Source: Macrostomum hystrix | Lineage: Eukaryota > Animalia > Platyhelminthes | Direction of reading: 5' to 3' | NCBI GenBank assembly: GCA_950097015.1 | Contig: CATNEN010000038.1 | Location: 29,822,001 to 29,886,000, forward strand | Length of the DNA: 64,000 nucleotides | Shown: piece by piece, positions 1 to 12,200 of the stretch | Layout of the letters: every line of letters begins with the position of its first letter | Numbering within the stretch: the first letter of the stretch is position 1 | Made by a program: the position numbers and the translations under genes | The notes under the pieces: model-generated | What the model saw: only the letters and a program-made list of their open reading frames with translations | What the model was told of the DNA's origin: nothing | Databases searched by the model: none

Positions 1-236
1 CCTCGCAGCAGCGTTCAATCAGTGCCTGTTTCTCCTTCATCGTAGCGTCTGGCAGCAGACCGCAGTCTCGAAGGACGCGAATACCTTTCACTAGTCTAAT
101 AGCGCCAGCGTTAACTGACAACTCAGACTGCCTGCTTACTACTGGCAGTAGAGAGGCGACGGATGCTCCTTCCATTTCAGCTGACAGAGCAGCTATCAGT
201 CCAGTCCGATATGTAGATCCAGTTTTCGCTAGGTTT
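1..236 (-). CDS. PRKDC: PRKDC exon 19 (truncated by window edge)
   Basis: ttcag acceptor at 237-238; open frame ...AIRLVKGIRVLRDCGLLP... Confidence 0.8.
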
Positions 237-3200
237 CTGAATTTATTGATGGTTGTTCAATTCTCGTGCTAAAATCTTTTAACATCAATTAATTGTAGAA
301 AATCACAAACCTTTAAAGGATCTAAAAGGTAAAATCCGTAACTGAATGATATGGGAAGGCCGAATCCCAACCTGAAAAATCTTAGATGGTCAAATCCCAA
401 CCTGAAAGATCTTGGAAGGTCAAATCCCAACCTGAAAGATCCTAGAAGGTCAAATCCCAACCTGAAAGATCCTAGAAGGTCAAATCCCAACCTGAAAGAT
501 CCTAGAAGGTCAAATCCCAACCTGAAAGATCCTAGAAGGTCAAATCCCAACCTGAAAGATCCTAGAAGGTCAAATCCCAACCTGAAAGATCCTAGAAGGT
601 CAAATCCCAACCTAAAAGGTCTTGGAAGGTCAAATCCCAACCTGAAGGATCTGGGATGGCCAAATCCCGACCTAAAAGATATGGGAAGGTCAAATCTCAA
701 CCTGAAGGATCTGGGAAGGTCAGATCTCAACGTGAAGGACTTTTAAAGGTCAAATCGCAACCTGAAGGATCTGGGAAGACGAAGTTTAAACAAGACCCGA
801 ACACCAAAGCACAGTAAAAATGCTTACTTTGCAACAGCCGTCCAAGCAGCAGACATGCAGTCCAACAATCGAGTCAGCAGGCTGGGATCTTGAGCATCAA
901 ATCCCAACAGGTGTGGCTTCAGAGTTGCTCTAGCCAGGATGGGCCATAAACCATCGTTTGCGACGGCCAGTAGGTCCTTTAAGCAGTCGGCTGCGACAGA
1001 GCCAGTTGACGCTGATGATGAAGAAAGCAGCAGCTGCAGCAGAGCTGCAGTACGCACAATGATCTGGCAGCGAAGTGTGTCAGCGGCAGCCAGCAGCGTT
1101 GAAGACAACGCGGCGTCGTTGAGGCTGGACAATTCGGATTGCAATCTCGGATTCAAAGCCGGATCGGAGGAGTTGAAAAATTCTGCTAATCTACTACATA
1201 GGCGACTGCCGCCAGCCTGACTGCCCAGTAGCTGAGGCGGATCTAGCAATCCAAGGCCAAGAGACCAAAGGTGACACTCCAGGCTGGCTAGGAGAGCGCG
1301 CAATTGACCTAGAGCATGCTGCTGCTGCTGCTGCTGTTGCTGCTGCGTTTGGAATCTGCAGTTGAGTGATTTACAAATACTTTCTAGCGAATACTTGTTA
1401 ATGCATACATTTATTTTATTTCTAAAAAATTAAAACTTATGAATGTCTACACGTAGTACATGCACTATAGCTTAATTCATTTGTAATTTTAGAGCAGTGC
1501 TTTATTAAACCTGCATTTGAATCAAACGTTACTTCGATCCAAATGTAATTTAACTGATATGTACTTTTATCAGGATGCACTTTTATCAGGGTGTATACTT
1601 TTATCTGGATGAACTTTTATCTGGATGTACTTTTATCTGGGTGTACTTTTATCTGGATGTACTTTTATCAGGATGTACTTTTATCTGGGTGTACTTTTAT
1701 CAATATGTTAATTGAATTATTTGTTTTCCCATTAAACTTTACTTTAATAGACCTATACTACTATCTACTTAATTTCTAAAAGTACACCAATCTAAACACC
1801 GCCTGCGAGCACTATACTCACCGCTCCCATCTGTCATAGAAGTAGGCCGGTTCGAACTTTTTTAACAAGGCCTGAAAAAACTGTCTAGGCGTCGACTGTT
1901 GCCGCTTCTCAGGCGACGATGACGCGCCGAGAAGCAGGCATTGAGCCAGGCCGCCGCGCAGACGACTGCGACGATTAGCCGGCGAGCCGTCGTTCACCAG
2001 CAGGCGCATCGCCGCCGCACGACAGGCAGCTTCGGGTTGGCCGCACTGGCCGACTAGCCAGCGAACGGCCACCTCCAGAGTGGCGCTGGCCCATTTGGAG
2101 CCGAGCGGAGTGCGACGTCCGGTTGATTGAATCTTCGGGGGGTCGATGATAATTTCTATTAGTTTAATTATCTAACTCATGGTCTCACCGAAAAGTATCG
2201 CAAATATCAAAAAGTTAACTTTATATTTTAATTATGCATACCGAAAAAAGCTAACGCTAAATCTCTAGTGCTACCGATATGTATCGAAAATATTAAACGC
2301 AACATCTTCAATTATACCTGATATGTATCGAAAATATCAAGCGCGAAATCTCTAATGTTATACCCGATATGCCCCATGAGATATCAAAGAGGAATATTCA
2401 GTTGGAATAGAGTATCATAACTAAAAAAGGCCAACCTGCAGCATTGAAGCTCGTTCAACAATAATCCGTTCTAGATGATCCAGAGCCAGGTCGCATTGTT
2501 CAACTGTGCCCAAACTGGCATCGTCTGCGTCAGCTAGTTGAATGCTACGCATGAAGCAATGCAGCAATTCGAATACGAACATATTAACTAGGCACTCCTC
2601 TTCGCGAAACTGAGCGTAGATAGAATTAAACGCTAAGGCGGCGCCAAGACGTTTAGACGAAGCCGGATGGAGGGCAAGTAAGCAAACTCGTTTTACAATG
2701 GATTTAACGTTGCAATTGTAGGAACTGGCTGGGTCCGGATCCTGATGCCGAACTGACCAAATGAGAAACTCGCGCAGACTCTGGGCTGCCAAATCGCGCA
2801 CTGAGGCGTCGCCGCCGGATTCCGTCAGTCGGTCGAATAGGGCGTCCAATAATAGGCCAGTGTAGGGACCTGCGGGTGAGTGGCAGAGCGGTCTAACGTG
2901 TTTGCCTCTGGCACAAATGTCCCTGAGCTAGAGATTCCGCGGCGAGGCCACATTCACGCAATGGAGGCTTGTCGTGCAGTTTACGCCCTTGAAGGTCAAC
3001 ATCCATGGCACACTGCCTGACGATGAGAAAGTCAGGGCAGATATGCACACATGTGTGTGTGTGCCTGCGTACGGCATCTGTGTGCGTGTGTGCTCAGGAG
3101 TCATTGAAATGGGCAGAACACATAAAATAGGGCCCTCCTCCTCATAATACGATTTATTATTAAGAACTAGTCACATATTTCCATTTAAATCCAATTCTTT

Positions 3201-6200
3201 TAAACTTTCCGAAATCCATTTCCCATAATCTCCCCATATCCCAATTCCAACAATCTCCCCATATCCCAATTCCAATAATCTTCCCATATCCTATTTTCAA
3301 TAATCTTCCCATATCCTATTTCCAATAATCTTCCCATATCCCAATTCCAATAATCTTCCCATATCCTATTTCCAATAATCTTCCCATATCCTATTTCCAA
3401 TAATCTTCCCATATCCTATTTCCAATAATCTTCCCATATCCCAATTCCAATAATCTTCCCATATCCCAATTCCAATAATCTTCCCATATCCTATTTCCAA
3501 TAATCTTCCCATATCCCATTTCCAATAATCTCCCTATATCCAATTCTTATCTTTATGTTCCATCAAAAAATATTATAATATCCCTTTCGAATCATCTTCC
3601 GACATCGCCTTTCTAACAATCTTCCCCTGCCCCATCTGAATGCCCCAAGCCCACCTTCAAACTCCCTGCTTCGACTGAACCAATGCACCAGCTGCATGAG
3701 CAGAGGCTGAAACAGTTGCCTAACAACCGGATCTTCGTCAGAAGCCAGCGGCAGCAGGGCCGGAAGCAGATGCCGCCAGAGAGTCAACAGTTGTTCCCGA
3801 TCGTCGCTAGTTGTCGGCGCGAATGCGCATCTAAGCCGATATGTATCGAAAAAGTTGAAATTAGAGAAGAAAATTATTGACAAAACAAAACCCGTGAGAA
3901 CACTCACCTTCCAGTTATGAGCAACACAATCGAATGCAAGCACTCGGCGGCTGCAACCTTACTCTGTCGGCTGCCAGATTCGGTTGCTAAGGCAACGCAA
4001 CGGCCTAGCAACGGGTCTAGATAGAGGCGCGGCTTACAATCGCTAAATGGTAAGTCAAAGTAGAGCAATCTACCGCCTGGACTCCACGCGGCTAAATCAG
4101 TATCTGCGGCGCGTTCAGAGGCAATTTCAGCCAGTTGATATTTAAAGCCGGAATGAGCTGAGCCAAGGAATAGGAGAATTCGTTTCTGCATCTCGGCTAG
4201 GCTGATCTCTGCGCCACCGGCAGCGTAGTTCCTGGCGCGAGCCTGCCGCGCTTCGATGGCACGGAGGGCCCGAGCCACCTGGAATCACGGATGGGATTGG
4301 GGAGAATGGGAGATCGATGGGATTGAGGAGGATGGGAGATTTATGGGATTAGGGAGAATGGGAGACTGATGGGATTAGGGAGAGTGGGAGGCTGATGGGA
4401 TTAGGGAGAGTGGGAGACTGATGGGATTGGGAGAAGAGGAGACTGATGGGATTGGGGAGAAGAGGAGTCTGATGGGATTAGGGAGAATGGGAGACTGATG
4501 GGATTAGGGAGAGTGGGAGACTGATGGGATTAGGGAGAATGGGAGGCTGATGGGATTAGGGAGAGTGGGAGACTGATGGGATTGGGAGAAGAGGAGACTG
4601 ATGGGATTGGGGAGAAGAGGAGTCTGATGGGATTAGGGAGAATGGGAGACTGATGGGATTAGGGAGAATGGGAGGCTGATGGGATTAGGGAGAGTGGGAG
4701 ACTGATGGGATTGGGAGAAGAGGAGACTGATGGGATTGGGGAGAAGAGGAGTCTGATGGGATTAGGGAGAATGGGAGACTGATGGGATTAGGGAGAGTGG
4801 GAGACTGATGGGATTAGGGAGAATGGGAGACTGATGGGATTAGGGAGAGTGGGAGACTGATGGGATTAGGGAGAATGGGAGACTGATGGGATTAGGGAGA
4901 ATGGGAGACTGATGGGATTAGGGAGAGTGGGAGACTGATGGGATTAGGGAGAATGGGAGACTGATGGGATTAGGGAGAGTGGGAGACTGATGGGATTGGG
5001 AGAAGAGGAGACTGATGGGATTGGGAGAAGAGGAGACTGATGGGATTAGGGAGAGTGGGAGACTGATGGGATTGGGAGAAGAGGAGACTGATGGGATGGG
5101 GAGAGTGGGAGATTGATGGGATTAGGGAGAATGAGACGAATGGGATTGGAGAGAATGGGAGATGGGAATGGGATGGGATGGGAAAAATAGACATAATGAA
5201 ATGGCTGGAAGAATGGAAGGGAGATGAATGGGATGGGGAGAATGGGAGATAATATTACAGCTGACTGAGGCTCACCGACTGTCTACCAAGCGCGGCACGG
5301 TCAACGCCGCCGCCTCGCATGGCTTCAGCTTCCGCGTCTGTGAGTCCAACCCCGGACGCGCGGTCTGAGCTGAGCACCGCCAGCAGGCCGGCTAGAACTG
5401 GACCAGCTCGTTCGGCCAAACTAGAGTTCGCACCTGATGTTGTCCATCGTTCCAAGGCCAACAGAGCCGATTCAAGTAGAGGCGGCCAAGATCTACCTAG
5501 GCGGAGGGCCTGGCGAATGGCTGCCAGAGCGTCGTCTGGACGTTCAACAGCCAGTAGGCTGGCTGGCAGTGCTAGGAGAAGGCGCAGACTGGCAGCTAGA
5601 AGGTCACCGCGTAACTGGCAGCATCTAGCAGATAGCGGGTAGACACAATGGGAAGGGATTAGTAAGCTGCCAATCTACGCGATAATTTAAGTCTGGAAAT
5701 GCTTTGTACAAACTTATTTTAAGCTAAGATTATAACTGACTAGATATTTGACAACTGTGGACTATCTGATGGAATATTTGCTAATTGATGGGATATTTTC
5801 AAACTGATGGGATATTTTCGAACTGATAGGATATTTGCTAATTGATGGGATATTTGCTAACTGATGGGATATTTGCTAATTGATGGGGTATTTGCTAACT
5901 GATGGGATATTTGCTAACTGGTGGGATATTGTTTACTTAAAGATAATAATTAACTCTTAGAATATCAGCTTACTAGATGAGATGGATTATTAAATAACAT
6001 TAGGAATATTTATGCTAACAAAGGGAAAACTGGCCTATAACTAAGAACATAATATTCAACACCTTCACCTGGCCGATAAACTGACAGCGAAGGCACCAAG
6101 CATTGAGCAGCACTGGACCCGACTATCCGCGGAAATGGTCATTTGCTCGCCTGTGTCCACTATCATACTCTCCGACGCGGCCCCGATAAACGAATCCGTT

Positions 6201-9200
6201 TCCATAGCAACCGGAGTGACGCTAGCCGCCGCTGCTAATTGATCGAAATAGCCGGACTCCCGAGCTCGATTGATAAAAGTGGCTAGCAGCTTGTAGAAAC
6301 CGCTGATTAGAGGATACCTAAATTGATTGAAAATTTGATATGATAATAACAGTTGTTTTTGTCAGGGGAAATCCCCCATTGGTAGTTCTTCTGGGGAAAG
6401 TGTTAGTGGTAACAAAATTGTCAGCTCTGATTAACGTCGCTGATTGGTCGGTGATGGAGGTGGGGTGGGCGTAGTCGGTGTTTTGGCGTGGGGAGGGCCA
6501 CGCCAATCAGCTGACCAATCAGCGACGTTGGGCGAGACCGCAACGTGTCTTTACAAATCGACAATGATAAGATTAAACAAAGCGAACTTACTGAGAGGAT
6601 TTCTCTATTAAAGCCTGGCATAGTGGATGAAACCATTTGATGATTGGACCTATTCGATAATGCTGCAGCAATTCTCTACAATGTTAGCGATGAAATAATT
6701 TTGGTTATTCCGCTGACAAATTGAGCACACGTAAGCATGTCCCCCAGATGTAAATTAATTAATGCACTAACTCAACAAAATCAACCAGATTGACAAATAT
6801 GACAATGTCTTTTGGCGTGTTGGCAACTAGGCCTTGAAGGGCATCAGTAGACGGTGCATTAGTCGGCTCTTGTTCAGTGGATTTAGACACCTCTGTGTGC
6901 TGCTGCTGCTTGTCATCATCAGTAACGGTTTGCAGATCAGTCACACGACAAGCAGAAAAGTCTAATCGTTCAATGACAGACAGTACAGACGATAGGAAGC
7001 TGTCAAACATGCTAGCGGAAATGGAGCTCGCTTCAACACTGGACATGCCGATGTAGTCGCATAGTTTCTGGGTATTGTAAAAATTATCATTTAGTACTTC
7101 TCACACTCATCTGATCATCTGATTATCTGAGAGGAATTTATATTGGAAGCTTTAAGAAACTGTAACTGGGGCATCTGACAGTTCTATTTACCGATACACG
7201 GGTTAAAACGGCCTTTTTAAGGCCCGTGCTAATACTCGTATGTACAATGAGTTAGTTAGAATCGCAGTTGAGTTTGACTGCCTAAATGATGGCTTACAGT
7301 TGTGAGACGAAAAATTACTTTTTTATTCTAGCCGTAAGCTTGGGAATCAAAATCCTGCATTTTAAACATGAATAAGCATGCAAGAGAATTACCAAATTAC
7401 CAAGCGTTTCAAGATAGACACTGAGTTAATATTGTTCGTTTTAAAAATGTTAATTTTAGCCAAGCAAGGACCACACTTAAACAAGACAAACATTTCCTAA
7501 CAGGTGTGGATCTTGAATAAAAACTATCAAAATGATCTGTTTGATGATAGCATCCACTTGCGATACGTTTCTGGATAAATAGACCTGATTCGCAACCAGT
7601 TCTGATGATTTTAATAGTAAATCATTCGAATTGATGAAATAATACATTTTCAGCTATGATTTCGGAAAAACTTTGGTGAGTTTAATTCATTTATTATAAC
7701 TGATTAATTACGACAAGAGAAAAGTAGAATGGGAAAAATGGGAGTATAGTGGGGAAGATGGGAGTAAAATTGGGAGATGGCAGTAGAATTGGGAAGATGG
7801 GAGTAGAATGGGGAAGATTTTATTAGATGGGGAAGATTTTATTAGATGGGGAAGACGGGAGTAGAATGGGAAGACGGGAGTAGAATGGGAGATGGCAGTA
7901 GAATTGGGAAGATGGGAGTAGAATGGGGAAGATGGGAGTATAATTGGAATATGGCAGTAGAATTGGGAAGATGGGTGTATAATCGGGAATATTGGAGTAA
8001 AATGGGGAAGATTTGATTAGATGGGGAATATGGGAGTAGAATGGGAATATGGCAGTAGAATGGGAAGATGGGAGTATAATTGGAATATGGCAGTAGAATT
8101 GGGAAGATGAGAGTATAATTGGAATATGGCAGTAGAATTGGGAAGATGAGAGTATAATTGGAATATGGCAGTAGAATTGGGAAGATGAGAGTATAATTGG
8201 AATATGGCAGTAGAATTGGGAAGATGGGAGTATAATTGGAATATGGCAGTAGAATTGGGAAGATAGGTGTATAATCGGGAATATTGGAGTAAAATGGGGA
8301 AGATTTGATTAGATGGGGAATATGGGAGTAGAATGGGAAGATGGAAGTAGAATGGGAAGATGGGAGTAGAATGGGAATATGGGAGTAGAATGGGAAGATG
8401 GGAGTAGAATGGGAATATGGGAGTAGAATGGGAAGATGGGAGTAGAATGGGAAGATAGTAGTAGAATTGGGAACCCCTAATTATAACTGAATTTTACATA
8501 AAGAGCAACAAAGTGACTCGAAACTGTTTAAAAACTATCAGTTGCCGACTCATCGTTCTGAATATTTGTTTGCTAACTGCGCTGACAGCTCAAGTTGCCA
8601 TAGCAACCTGTCCAACAACTCGTAGCAATGTCGCATTTCACCAAGTAACTGAAGCCGATTGTATCAAACAGGACTATTATCGTTTAGTTTTGGGATCATG
8701 CAAACCCACGGCTTGCAGCCTCCATTGCGCCATGACGTCAAAGTGCAGAGCATTTACCCTACCAGATGGAGCCTGCCAATGCAAACTGTTCCTGTTCGAT
8801 AACTGCAGTGAAAAGCTGCAGTCTGTGGGCCATTGTACTGCACTGGTGACAGTGTATGTGAGATCTGTGCCAGGACAACTGGCAACTGGTAAACTGTGTC
8901 CGCCTGACAACGGCATCACCAATAATACGAGTAAAGGGATAAAATCACCCACTTTTAACTGAAATTATTTTAACTGAAGCTTCCTAACTGAGTTCTTACT
9001 AAAGAATCTTATATTGAGAGCGTCAAACCGTATAGAAGTGTGTATGATAACGGTATCAGATACTCGTATGTTTGCGAAAGTTTGACGATTCTGCCAGAAA
9101 TTGTGCACTTTGCCAATTGAAGACAGGAAGAAAAAAATTAATAAAAGTTTACTCACTTTCTCCTTCTCCAATGAGAACAGGCTAAGCCACAGTCTCAGGT

Positions 9201-12200
9201 AGTCTTTGTAGGTAATCTTCCTGGCGCTGCCCAATGGGCCATCGTTTGGGCCGTCTGAATTTGAAACGTAAGCCGCAACGGAGCTGCCTTCGGTGTCCGT
9301 TTGATAGACCGGATGCTCGTGTGAGCACGTGCGCACCAGGCTCTGGTAGACTGTTGGGAAGACAATTAGGGAACATTGATAATTTGACAGAGCAAGGCAG
9401 AGGGAGTAGAATGGGAAAGGATTAAAGTAGAATGGGGGAGAGGGGAGTAGAATGGGGAAGATGAGAGTAGAATTGGGAAGACGGGAGTAGAATGGGAAGA
9501 CGGGAGTAGAATGGGAAGATGGGAGTAGAATGGGGAAGACGAGAGTAGAATTGGGAAGACGGGAGTAGAATGGGAAGACGGGAGTAGAATGGGAAGACGG
9601 GAGTAGAATGGGAAGATGGGAGTAGAATGGGGAAGACGGGAGTAGAATGGGAAGACGGGAGTAGAATGGGAAGATGAGAGTAGAATTGGGAAGACGGGAG
9701 TAGAATGGGAAGACGGGAGTAGAATGGGAAGATGGGAGTAGAATGGGGAAGATGAGAGTAGAATTGGGAAGACGGGAGTAGAGTGGGAAGATGGGAGTAG
9801 AATTGGGAAGATGAGAGTAGAATGGGGAAGATGAGAGTAGAATGGGGAAGATGAGAGTAGAATTGGGAAGACGGGAGTAGAGTGGGAAGATGGGAGTAGA
9901 ATTGGGAAGATGAGAGTAGAATGGGGAAGATGAGAGTAGAATGGGGAAGATGAGAGTAGAATTGGGAAGATGGGAGTAGAGTGGGAAGATGGGAGTAGAG
10001 TGGGAAGACGGGAGTAGAGTGGGAAGATGGGAGTAGAATTGGGAAGATGAGAGTAGGATGGGAAAGATTTGAGTAGGATGGGGAAGATAAGAGTAAATGG
10101 GGAAAATGGGAGCGCTGTAATAGTGATGAGTGGGATTGTTCAGGAAAGGTATTTTGCACAATTCATGTCAGATTTAGCCAGAAATGTCACTAACCAACTT
10201 GAGCGGCAAAAGTTTTGGCCACACCGGGCTGCCGGGACCGCAGCCGGTGCAGGGTGTGAGCCACGGCTCTTAGTCCAACCCGGCCCATGGCCTCGGACAC
10301 TCGAGGATACATGTGACACACTGTGACAGACAGTCTGGCCAATAGTGACAGAAACACGCCAGTCAAATCGTCCAAATGTAAAGCCAGGTTAGACAAAGAC
10401 TCTACAAAGCTTGGCAGATTTGACAGACGTTCGTCAAGGCTGTCACTCTCGGCTGTGAACAGATCCTCGGCGCGTTGAACCACCTCAGCGTAGACTTGGC
10501 GCATGTCTGGCGGGCTTAGCAACCGTTTGGCAGCCTCGGCAAAGTAGCCGAATCCGCGCACAGCCACCGAGACAGTCTTCCAATTGGAGCCTTCTGAGCT
10601 TAGTATCTGACGAAATTGTTGCAGAAAGAATAGAAACAATTGCTTCTGAGCTCCGGTTGGAATTTGGCCCTGGCCAGCAGTGGCCGAAGCCAGTGACGAT
10701 GAAATCGATTTGACGTAGGCGTCGAAGGCTAGCATGCCGACGTGCATTAGGTCTCTATTGCGGTGGATGCTCCAGTGGAAGAAAAGGTCGAATAGCCGCT
10801 ACAATGCGTTCAGTGCGTAGGAAAAATATTTTACATAAATTACCCTACTATGAGTAGCAATTAATCAACTAAGTGTTTAAAGCTAGTGAAAGGTTTAATA
10901 AAAAAGGTTACCAAAGCCATCTAGACCGAGACATGTTTCTTTGGCGAATGCAGAGTGCCAACAAAGAAATTTTTAATGGCTAAATCTTTACCTTTCTGCT
11001 CTTTGTTAGAAGTATGAATCAAATTGGTAAGTGTTTTTATAAGCTCTTTATAAGCAATTTTTGCCTATGAACTTACGGGGATTGTAGTAATTTGTAATTG
11101 TAGCGCACTGTTTAGAGCGTCGGACTCACGACTTAAAGGTCGAGAGTTCGATTCTTGACTCCCACTTTAGCAAGACACTTAACTCCTCATTGTTTCAGTT
11201 CACCCAGCTGTTAAATAGGTACCAACATTAGCTGGGCTAATTAGTGCTGGGTGTGGCGTCCCCCCCGAGCGAGTCCATGAATTAACCAAATTTACGGCTT
11301 TACGTAATCAAGTTTTGTTTTAACGTTACATTATTCGGAATTCGTTGGTCAGGGTGTTTAAAAACAAGTGCTAGCATTTTTTGTTACATCGTTAGCTTCT
11401 TACAATATTTGATTTATTTTGAAGCATTTAGCATTGAAATCAAATCTACAAACCTTGTAGTTTTCAGCCAGAAAATGTGCAAATTTGTTGCAATGATTGG
11501 CAAACAATAGCAGCGCCTGTTTCGGTGCTTCGTAGCGTTGAAAATTTTTGCCGCCAATCACCATAACAGCAGACTGGTACAGTTGCTTTAGATCCGGTTC
11601 TGCAAAACCAGCCAATACACGTTAGGGTTAAAAGTTCACTGAGATTGAACTTTAACAAAAAAATACAAACCTTCCAAAGTAAAGTGGCACAGGTAGCTAG
11701 ACAGGCACTCGAAAAGACTAGCAATCACAGTGAATTGTACCTTGGTGTGATCAGCCTTGGTCTAAAAACGTTTGGTTTAAAATACAAGCTTATCCTTGAT
11801 TCTCAAAGTCTAAAAGTATGAAATTATTTGATGCAATCAATGCTACCTTCTGTTGCAAAGATTTCACAGCGTGCCTTGAAAACTTTAGCGAATACTTCTG
11901 AAAAACCTCCGGATAGTATTTGCTAATAGTTCCGAGAGCGTGATGCAGTCCTTGGATTACTGAAATGTTGTGTTAGACATCTGTATGATCAACTACTCAC
12001 AGACAGCTACACATCTGTATGATCAACTACTCACAGACAGCTACACATCTGTATGATCAACTACTCACAGACAGCTACACATCTGTATGATCAACTACTC
12101 ACAGACAGCTACACATCTATATGATCAACTACTCACAGACAGCTACACATCTGTATGATCAACTACTCACAGACAGCTACACATCTATATGATCAACTAC

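Noticed and set aside
3015-3042. ctgacgatgagaaagtcag in SINE-A as a hammerhead ribozyme core
   Set aside because: No room for stem II between CUGANGA and GAAA; it folds as a simple hairpin and the motif varies in other copies (ctgaagatgag, ctcaggaggag)
8965-10161. 398-aa and 245-aa minus-strand ORFs as proteins
   Set aside because: Satellite read-through; only 9157-9350 is a real PRKDC exon
11100-11165. Functional tRNA gene
   Set aside because: Degenerate cloverleaf continuing into a SINE body that is repeated elsewhere
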